This document shows, piece after piece, positions 57,008-64,000 of a stretch of 64,000 bases of DNA (positions are counted from its first letter, which is position 1; each line of letters begins with the position of its first letter). Both the position numbers and the translations under genes were made by a program. Origin of the DNA: Bacteroidota bacterium (GTDB taxonomy: Bacteria; Bacteroidota; Bacteroidia; Flavobacteriales_D; Sanyastnellaceae); the NCBI GenBank assembly GCA_039798265.1, contig JBDKGH010000139.1, positions 6,558 to 70,557 of the forward strand, given 5' to 3'. The notes beneath the pieces were generated by a model. The model was not told where the DNA came from. It worked only from the letters and a program-made list of their open reading frames with translations, and searched no databases.

Positions 57008-57577
57008 TTATTTCTTCAAACGATCGTGGTAATGACCAGTGGTGGTGTCTACACGAATGCGGTCACCTGTTTCGATGAATAAAGGTACTCGAACTTCAAC
57101 ACCTACGTCGATGGTAGCTGGCTTGAGTGTGTTAGTAGCGGTATCGCCACGAAGACCAGGCTCAGTATAGGTAATTTCAAACTCTACATAGTTCGGAAGA
57201 TCGCATGAAAGCGGTTGTTCATCTTCCGTGTTGAAGAGAACGATACACTTCATCCCTTCTTTCAAAAATTTTGGAGCATTGATCAAATGTTCTTCGATGC
57301 CAATTTGCTCAAAGTCTTCGAGGTTCATGAAGTTGTAGCCAGCTTCATCTTTATATAAGAATTGGTACTCGCGTGTTTCGATACGAACCACATCGATTTT
57401 AACTCCTGAGTTAAACGTGTGGTCAACGATTTTACCGTTATTCAAATTCTTCAATTTGGTACGCACGAAAGCTGGACCTTTACCAGGCTTCACGTGAAGG
57501 AATTCGATTACTTTCCAGATGTGAGTATCCATGCGGAAACACAATCCGTTTGAAATGTCAGCAGTAGTAGTTGCCAT
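57008..57577 (-). CDS. efp: translation elongation factor P
   Basis: 189 aa. MATTTADISNGL...LHVKPGKGPAFVRTKLKN is typical of EF-P. Confidence 0.95.
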   Translation of the reverse strand: MATTTADISNGLCFRMDTHIWKVIEFLHVKPGKGPAFVRTKLKNLNNGKIVDHTFNSGVKIDVVRIETREYQFLYKDEAGYNFMNLEDFEQIGIEEHLINAPKFLKEGMKCIVLFNTEDEQPLSCDLPNYVEFEITYTEPGLRGDTATNTLKPATIDVGVEVRVPLFIETGDRIRVDTTTGHYHDRLKK

Positions 57578-57632
57578 GAATGTTGTTTTTTGTGCTTAAA
57601 GCGGCTGCAAAAGTAAGATAAGTTGGTCAATG

Positions 57633-58565
57633 TCAAATGCCGAGGTGGGCAATTGCCTCCGGAAGTTTGCGAAGTACTGCCAATTCGCGGTATTTGCGCT
57701 TAACGTCTTCTGCTGGAGTGCCAAAATACGTGATGCCACCGTCAAGTGATTTAGTAATGCCACTTTGGCCTAAAACCACAGCTTGTGCGCCAATGGTTAA
57801 TCCACTGGCCACGCCCACTTGTCCCCAGAGTATAACGTTATCTTCAATGTTTACGCAGCCCGCAATACCTACTTGCGCGGCAAGTAGTACATTTTTGCCC
57901 AAAATGGTATCATGGCCAATGTGAACGGCATTGTCGATTTTGCTTCCGGCCCCAATGTGTGTGGCTCCCGAAACTCCGCGATCAATGGTGCATCCTGATC
58001 CTATTTCAACCTCGTCCTCTATGATTAGACTGCCGCAGCTGTGCATTTTTTCTCGGCCTGTAGGTCGCGCTTTGTAATAAAAGGCATCGCTGCCCAAAAC
58101 GGTATTGGCATGTATGATGCAGTTTTTTCCTATATGAACCTGATCATACAGCACAACCCCTGGGTGAATAATGGAACCTTCTCCAATGCTCACATGGTTG
58201 CCTAAAATTACCGAGCTATGCACCTGTGCAGTGGGGTGAATGGACACTTCTTGCCCTTTATTTCCAATGGTCATAGACCAAGGAGAAAAATGGCGGGTAA
58301 GCTTGTTATAGTCGCGAAAGGGGTCGTCGGAAAAAATGAGGGCTTTCCCATCTGGGGCTTGAACCCTTTGGTTGATGAGTATAGTGTCGGCCTTCGACTG
58401 AAGCGCTTTGTCGTAATATTTGGGGTGGTCAACAAACACCAGGTCGCCTGGCTCTACACGATGTATTTCGTTGATGCCAGTAATAAGGTGAGCTGGATTA
58501 CCCTCGAACTCACAGCCGATCATTGCGGCTATTTCTTGAAGCGAATGGGCACGAGTTAATTTCAT
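57633..58565 (-). CDS. lpxD: UDP-3-O-acylglucosamine N-acyltransferase
   Basis: It has the LpxD N-terminal domain (SLQEIAAMIG...ITGINEIHRVEPGDLVFV) followed by hexapeptide repeats. At 310 aa it is on the short side for LpxD. Confidence 0.8.
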   Translation of the reverse strand: MKLTRAHSLQEIAAMIGCEFEGNPAHLITGINEIHRVEPGDLVFVDHPKYYDKALQSKADTILINQRVQAPDGKALIFSDDPFRDYNKLTRHFSPWSMTIGNKGQEVSIHPTAQVHSSVILGNHVSIGEGSIIHPGVVLYDQVHIGKNCIIHANTVLGSDAFYYKARPTGREKMHSCGSLIIEDEVEIGSGCTIDRGVSGATHIGAGSKIDNAVHIGHDTILGKNVLLAAQVGIAGCVNIEDNVILWGQVGVASGLTIGAQAVVLGQSGITKSLDGGITYFGTPAEDVKRKYRELAVLRKLPEAIAHLGI

Positions 58566-58681
58566 GGCCGAAAGTTAGCGGATGAATCGATTGATTTATA
58601 TCACTTGTCAGAAAGACTTTTGCCTTATTCGGAGAAAAAAGATTTATTTTTTGAAGAATCTTCCGAACTTAGCTGACATCT

Positions 58682-59905
58682 ATGAGCGACTCATTAAGAT
58701 TAACGGAAAAATTAAAACAACGGGAGTTCAAGCTGAACGCCTTGTTGGATATGACCGTGGCTATTAATGAGCAAAGCTCTGTTGAGGTGCTTTTGGGAGA
58801 ATTCGAGCGCATTCTACGCGAGCACTTGCACATCGAAAAGCTCGCCCTCTACAGTAGAGATAACAAATGGCATTGCTTGCTTCAGTTCGGTTTAGAAATT
58901 ACCGAACTCCCCATTATCGAAGATGAAAAGTTCTTTAATCAAGAGGGTAAAATCGTTTTGTCGTCAAAGCAAGGAATCGAATCCTTCGACATGTGTATTC
59001 CTGTTAAACAGGATAAGCGCCCTATTGCGTATTTACTAGTGGGCGATGTAGGTGAACAGGAAATCAGAATGAGTCCTGTGATCAAACACATGAAGTTTAT
59101 TCAAACCCTGGCTAACGTGCTGGTGGTGGCCATTGAAAACAAAAAGCTCTATCAAGATCATCTTCGCCAAGAACGTGTGAAAAGAGAGCTGGAAATGGCG
59201 GCGGAGATGCAAGCGATTTTATTGCCCAGCGAACTACCGAAAAATGAGGATTACGACGTAAGCGCAGTATATCGTGCCCATCAGCAGGTGGGTGGAGATT
59301 ATTATGATTTCATCCCCATTAATGATCACGAGGTGGTGTTCTGTATGGCCGATGTTTCGGGTAAAGGCGTGAGTGCAGCTTTTTTAATGGCCAACTTCCA
59401 AGCCTACCTCAGAGCCATTTTTACCTACCGCAAAAATGACCTCGAAGAAATAGTACGCGAGTTGAATACCCAAGTGATGAATACCGCTATGGGTGAAAAA
59501 TACATTACCTTATTTATTGGAGTGTACAACAAACAAACACGCGTACTGCAATACATCAACTGTGGCCATAATCCTCCGGTATTGGCCGATAAAAATGGGT
59601 ATACCCAGCTACTTAAATTAGGAACGATTGGGTTAGGAATGTTCGACGAGCTACCCAAGATGGCCAAAGGGCAAGTAGTGATAGAAAAGGGTTCTACTGT
59701 TGTTTGTTACACAGATGGCTTAGTAGAAATGGAAGATGAACGCTGTGAGCAGTATAGCTTGGAGCGCCTCGAACAATTGATATTAGCATTCCCCGACTCC
59801 AAAGCGAGTGAAATCAATGATGTGATTCTTCAAAGTATTAACGACTTCCGCGGCGACATGCCTTTTGTAGATGATCTAGCCGTATTGACCTGTCGTTTTC
59901 TTTAA
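58682..59905 (+). CDS. PP2C/SpoIIE-family serine phosphatase with N-terminal GAF-like sensor domain
   Basis: GGDYYDF, MADVSGKGVSAAFLMANFQ, CGHNPP and the C-terminal DDLAVL are present. Confidence 0.8.
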   Translation: MSDSLRLTEKLKQREFKLNALLDMTVAINEQSSVEVLLGEFERILREHLHIEKLALYSRDNKWHCLLQFGLEITELPIIEDEKFFNQEGKIVLSSKQGIESFDMCIPVKQDKRPIAYLLVGDVGEQEIRMSPVIKHMKFIQTLANVLVVAIENKKLYQDHLRQERVKRELEMAAEMQAILLPSELPKNEDYDVSAVYRAHQQVGGDYYDFIPINDHEVVFCMADVSGKGVSAAFLMANFQAYLRAIFTYRKNDLEEIVRELNTQVMNTAMGEKYITLFIGVYNKQTRVLQYINCGHNPPVLADKNGYTQLLKLGTIGLGMFDELPKMAKGQVVIEKGSTVVCYTDGLVEMEDERCEQYSLERLEQLILAFPDSKASEINDVILQSINDFRGDMPFVDDLAVLTCRFL

Positions 59906-61347
59906 ACGTTTTTTTCCTCTATTTTCTTCGGATGCTTGTGGTACAAATCAATGGCCACGAGTATAGCAATGAAGCCCCAAAATGGAACAGAAGCTTTATC
60001 GGTATCCAAATAATTGTTCAATACACCATGGGTGAAATAGGTAATGAGGCCAAGATAAACCATGGCAATGAGCAGCTTTACCTCAAACTCCTGAATGCTG
60101 TAGAAAAGACGAAAGGCCAGGTTGCTCACGGCTAGCAACAGAACAATGACCATCACCATACCGAATACGCCTTGTTCGCATAGTGGACCGAGGTACTCGC
60201 TATGTGCATTGCCACCATCGCCACGGTTGGTGCTGATGATGGTGCGGTCTTTGGCGCGCTGAAAGGGCGCATATACAAATTGATAGGTGCCCGGTCCCCA
60301 GCCCAGCATGGGACGCTCTTTGAACATTTCCAACGCACAATTCCATCGGTTTAAACGTTCGAGGTTAGAAGCATCTGACGATACGTTGGAGATGGAACTA
60401 ACGTGCTCTTCTATTTTGTCAGAACTTTCCTGTTTGTTGCCTTCTAAGGCAATTTGAATATCGTCCCAACTGAGAATAACTAAAAAGCCAACAGCAAAAA
60501 GCGAGAGTAGTATGGTGCGCAAACGAATACGCAATAACAGAACAGCTAATACTCCACCGGCTACTACTACTGAAAGCCAAGCCGCGCGAGTGTAGGATAA
60601 GATAAGCCCGGCGGTTAAAATGATAAATGCGATGGATACCAGAACGCGGAGAAGTGGTCCCATTTTTTTTGAAAGCAGAAGACCGATAATAACGGGAAAA
60701 TACATGGCCAAAACGGCACCATAGCTTGTGTGATCTTTGAATAGTGGTTCCATCACCCAGTGCGAGGAATCTTTATCAAAACCATATTGGGAGTGTCTGA
60801 AAATCGTGTAGATCACAACCAACACAAGCGGAAAGAGATACACAAGAAAATAATGACGAATGCGATCGAAGTTCTGAAAAACGTGTGTCGCTATGAGATA
60901 AAAACTAGTAATAAACCAGAGACGAGTTGCAAGGTATTTGAAAGACACGAGCGGAAACTCGCTGGTGATGCTGGTATAAGTCATCCACCCCAAATAGAAG
61001 TAAAGAACAATGGTAATGGGGTGTTTGAAAATGTTGGTATCGATACTTTTTCCTGAAAGCACTTTGAAGAAAAAGAGGATTAAAATACCAACGAGCAAAG
61101 GCTCTGTGGGAAGCGCAACACCAATGCCGCCGAGTTCCATTTCCTCCAAGTTGATGCTAAATGGAGTGCAAAGAGCAACAAAAAGAAGCAAATGTTCGAG
61201 GTGATAAAAAGCTGCCCAAATGATGAGCAGAACAATAGGAAGAAGTAGGATATAGAAAAACTCAAAATAAATGCATACAGCCATCAAGGCAATGAATAGC
61301 CCTGAAGCAAGGAGCAACCACTTTCGAGTAATACTATTGGGTAACAT
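59902..61347 (-). CDS. O-antigen ligase / Wzy_C-family polytopic membrane protein
   Basis: 481 aa with more than 10 TM helices, SYTRAAWLSVV (Wzy_C-like) and a periplasmic loop. Confidence 0.7.
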   Translation of the reverse strand: MLPNSITRKWLLLASGLFIALMAVCIYFEFFYILLLPIVLLIIWAAFYHLEHLLLFVALCTPFSINLEEMELGGIGVALPTEPLLVGILILFFFKVLSGKSIDTNIFKHPITIVLYFYLGWMTYTSITSEFPLVSFKYLATRLWFITSFYLIATHVFQNFDRIRHYFLVYLFPLVLVVIYTIFRHSQYGFDKDSSHWVMEPLFKDHTSYGAVLAMYFPVIIGLLLSKKMGPLLRVLVSIAFIILTAGLILSYTRAAWLSVVVAGGVLAVLLLRIRLRTILLSLFAVGFLVILSWDDIQIALEGNKQESSDKIEEHVSSISNVSSDASNLERLNRWNCALEMFKERPMLGWGPGTYQFVYAPFQRAKDRTIISTNRGDGGNAHSEYLGPLCEQGVFGMVMVIVLLLAVSNLAFRLFYSIQEFEVKLLIAMVYLGLITYFTHGVLNNYLDTDKASVPFWGFIAILVAIDLYHKHPKKIEEKNV

Positions 61348-62375
61348 TAGATGCGACCTTCGGAACGTAAACGAACGATGTTATCCCAAATAAGTAGGAA
61401 AATCACGGCGAACACAAAAGCAGAAATAGTGCTCATGGCCACAATTAACCAGCGAATGGGGTATGATTTTTTATCAGCCGCAGAGGCATCGTCCACAACG
61501 AATTTGGAAGAAAGGTTGGAGTCAACGTCGATCTTCATCAAGTCAAAACGTTTTTTTACGACGTTCAACTTTTCATAAGAACCTTCAATTTTTGATTCCA
61601 ATTTGTTGAATAAGGTTCCATATTGTGAAAGAAAGTCGAGCTGCACTTTGATTTGATTGGCACGGTCAGGGTGTCCTTCAGCAATGGCAGTTCCGTATTG
61701 CTCTACAAGCGCAGCTACCTGATCGGTGTAGTTATAAACGCCCATCTCCTGAAGCACTTTCATCGAGTCTTCCATGACGGCAATTTCTTTTTCCAAATTG
61801 ATAACAGAAGCTTCGGCATATTTGAAGGCATCCATCGCGCGCTCGCTGCGAATTTTATTGCTCACACTATCCGTGTAGGCAGCTACGTCATTCGCCATAT
61901 CGCGCGCACGATTAGCATCTGCATCCAATACAGAGATTTCGATGGAACCAAACTTGGTCAGTTTGGCGGTTACATTTTCGTTGTATTCTTTCCCGATCAG
62001 GGTATTGGCTCCGGCATCAGTGCGGTTGATTTTATAAACCGTCCACAAATCATACTTTTCAATAATACGATTGCGAATTTGATCAGAATTGATCAACTGC
62101 ATCAGGCGTTCGGCATCCTCTTCTTCTCCATATGCCAAAACGTCTTCTTTCTTCACCTCTTCCAAGAGTTGCTCTCCGAAGGAATGTTGACGGGTGGCAA
62201 AGAGCGTAACGGTACTTTTAAATTTAGGCGTGATCATCAAGGATACGGCTGATGATAAAATAACAGCTGCAATAGTGACAATCATTAACGGCTTGCGCCA
62301 TTTGAACAAGAGAACAAGTAAGTTAGCCGAATCGAGGTTAGGGGTCGATGCAGTAGAGTTAGATTCGTTTGACAT
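61347..62375 (-). CDS. Wzz-like polysaccharide chain-length determinant protein
   Basis: It has TM helices at both the N- and C-terminus flanking a coiled-coil periplasmic region. ATG at 62375. Its stop overlaps the downstream ATG by 1 nt (TAATG). Confidence 0.65.
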   Translation of the reverse strand: MSNESNSTASTPNLDSANLLVLLFKWRKPLMIVTIAAVILSSAVSLMITPKFKSTVTLFATRQHSFGEQLLEEVKKEDVLAYGEEEDAERLMQLINSDQIRNRIIEKYDLWTVYKINRTDAGANTLIGKEYNENVTAKLTKFGSIEISVLDADANRARDMANDVAAYTDSVSNKIRSERAMDAFKYAEASVINLEKEIAVMEDSMKVLQEMGVYNYTDQVAALVEQYGTAIAEGHPDRANQIKVQLDFLSQYGTLFNKLESKIEGSYEKLNVVKKRFDLMKIDVDSNLSSKFVVDDASAADKKSYPIRWLIVAMSTISAFVFAVIFLLIWDNIVRLRSEGRI

Positions 62376-62419
62376 AAAGGCAGTCGAATGATATTTAGTA
62401 GGAACAAAGGTAAGCCTGA

Positions 62420-63868
62420 TCAATCTCCTTTGCGGATCAAATTTACAAAGCCTCGAACATCGAGCATTCGGGTGGCTATGGCTATGCCCAAGTTAAGGAT
62501 AAGGAAAAGGCCTAGCGGAAACGCATTTTCCTTGAGAATATTGGGGTCGATTTTAAAATAATAGGTAAAAGCAAAGGTGCTGAGCAATAGCCCCATGGAA
62601 TAAACAGCAGCCTTTTTGTAGGTGCCTTTCATGTCAATAGCGATCAGTTGATGGCAACTGAACCATTGCAGAAGAAGCATTGCCCACTGTGCACAAATGT
62701 TGGCTATTGCTGCCCCTAGAATGCCATATCGAGGTATAAAGAATAGGTTAATGCCCACGTTGATAATGACTCCGATGCTGCTGAAGAGGATCATCTTTTT
62801 CATAGAACCATGCGCCGTGAGGAGTGTACCGAAAATGTACTGAAGAGAAAAAGCGATACAACCCACCATGAGTAGCGGAAAGATGCGATACGCGTCTTGC
62901 ACATGGTTGTCATACAATAAGTTTAGCATATTTTCTCCAAAAAGCAATGCACATGCGGCCACTAGGGTAGTACTCACCCACATCCACTGAAAAGAAATTT
63001 GGAGCACTGGGCTTACATTTTCTTTTTGATGCAGTTGCCGGCTGAACATAGGTAAAAGTATAACGGCGAATAAATAAGCGAGCATATTAAAAGCATCGAA
63101 AAAGCGGTAGCTCATAGCGTAAATTCCGGCCTCCTCGGGCGAGGCCATGCGCTCCAGTAAAATGCTATCGAGCCGAACCACCATCATGTTGATGAAAAAC
63201 TGGAGTGCAAAGGGAAAGCTCTCTCCTAAAATGGGGAAAGTTTCTTTAACCCGACCCTCCAAGGGGAATCGCAACCCTTTTTTCGCCAAAATAAAAAGAG
63301 CGGTTAAAAAAGTGAGCCCATAGGCGATGCCCTGGCCTGCGGCTAACCACAGCACGTTAAATTCGTGCGGGTAAAGCCACAACAGAAGACTCATGTGTAT
63401 GGTTAAAATCAACTTGTCCAACACAGAGATAAAACTATCTGCTTTGAAACAATGAAGACCGGTGAGATAAGATCGCAAGAATAAAATACCAGAGGCGATA
63501 ATTTGATTGACAGCGAGCAAAATGAGTAACCCGGTTTTCTCGGGCACATAGCCAATGCTCCAGCCTACCACAAAAGCAATGGTGAGGTAAATAAGAGCGA
63601 GCAATAAACGAAGAAGCACAACAGGATTTTTGGCGATTGCTCTGATATCCGTGGCCTGAGCTACCTGTTTTGTGTTCCAGTTGGTAGTGCCTAAATCGAG
63701 CAAAATGTTGATGAGAAAACTCAGGTTAAGAATGGCGAAGTAGGTCCCGAAGTTTTCTGATCCTGTTCGATTTTGAATCTCTGACTCAATGAAAAGAATG
63801 TAGAATGGTTTTACCAACAGGTTTACTGCCAGTAAAAGCATCAAATTCGAAACAAAGGTCTTCCTCAT
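62420..63868 (-). CDS. polysaccharide biosynthesis flippase (MOP/Wzx superfamily)
   Basis: 482 aa with about 12-14 TM helices, at the head of the polysaccharide gene string. Confidence 0.75.
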   Translation of the reverse strand: MRKTFVSNLMLLLAVNLLVKPFYILFIESEIQNRTGSENFGTYFAILNLSFLINILLDLGTTNWNTKQVAQATDIRAIAKNPVVLLRLLLALIYLTIAFVVGWSIGYVPEKTGLLILLAVNQIIASGILFLRSYLTGLHCFKADSFISVLDKLILTIHMSLLLWLYPHEFNVLWLAAGQGIAYGLTFLTALFILAKKGLRFPLEGRVKETFPILGESFPFALQFFINMMVVRLDSILLERMASPEEAGIYAMSYRFFDAFNMLAYLFAVILLPMFSRQLHQKENVSPVLQISFQWMWVSTTLVAACALLFGENMLNLLYDNHVQDAYRIFPLLMVGCIAFSLQYIFGTLLTAHGSMKKMILFSSIGVIINVGINLFFIPRYGILGAAIANICAQWAMLLLQWFSCHQLIAIDMKGTYKKAAVYSMGLLLSTFAFTYYFKIDPNILKENAFPLGLFLILNLGIAIATRMLDVRGFVNLIRKGD

Positions 63869-64000
63869 CTAAGGCGCAAGATATAACCAATCAATCTTTC
63901 TGCGTCGTTCTTTTGTTTCGGGCTATGCAGACACCTATGGAAGCAAAAAGCTGTATACCGTTGAATGTGCGTGTGGTAATGAATTGTCGTGAGGAGTATT

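Noticed and set aside
58582-58767. A 61-aa plus-strand ORF upstream of and overlapping the PP2C phosphatase gene.
   Set aside because: It is an AT-rich promoter-region ORF with a Lys/Ile/Leu-rich translation. It overlaps the well-supported phosphatase start and has no independent signals.
1-64000. CRISPR arrays, tRNA/rRNA genes and IS elements.
   Set aside because: I saw no regularly spaced short repeats, no cloverleaf-like conserved T-loop sequences in intergenic regions, and no transposase-like ORFs. This is a by-eye assessment only. tRNAscan-SE, Infernal and ISfinder-type searches should confirm it.

Overview
This is a densely coding chromosomal segment of about 60 genes, and it looks Bacteroidota (Flavobacteriia-like). 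Three things support that: T9SS C-terminal sorting domains, TAnnTTTG -7 promoter boxes with A-rich, Shine-Dalgarno-less start contexts, and an alternative complex III (actABCDEF) operon next to aa3-type cytochrome oxidase genes. Most content is core housekeeping: trpS, aspS, a DEAD-box helicase plus a fatty-acid desaturase, hppD-hmgA, ACIII with coxII/coxI, ruvB, queG, a tricorn-like protease, recQ, kdsD-tatC, ribF, pepP, trhO, efp and lpxD. The 3' end of the window enters a polysaccharide locus (O-antigen-ligase-like, Wzz-like, flippase). By eye I found no tRNA/rRNA genes, CRISPR arrays, transposases or integrases, and nothing I can identify as a defence or toxin system. The features most worth a second look are as follows. 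(1) A 47-bp double palindrome occurs twice, 23 kb apart, with conserved flanks running to bidirectional terminators. (2) A MacB-type ABC operon has a His/Asp/Glu-rich periplasmic insert built from 27-nt tandem repeats and is coupled to a DUF3299 gene. (3) An acyltransferase, a GT2 and two GT-C-like membrane proteins form an operon. (4) A small lipoprotein carries two CXXCH motifs. (5) ActA carries a sixth haem motif on an extra N-terminal cytochrome c domain. (6) Two paralogous T9SS cargo genes show codon usage typical of highly expressed genes. (7) An AraC-linked islet encodes small CsbD-like stress proteins. Several ORF-track starts are TTG/GTG artefacts, and I have re-called them. All functional calls rest on motif recognition by eye, because no searches could be run.
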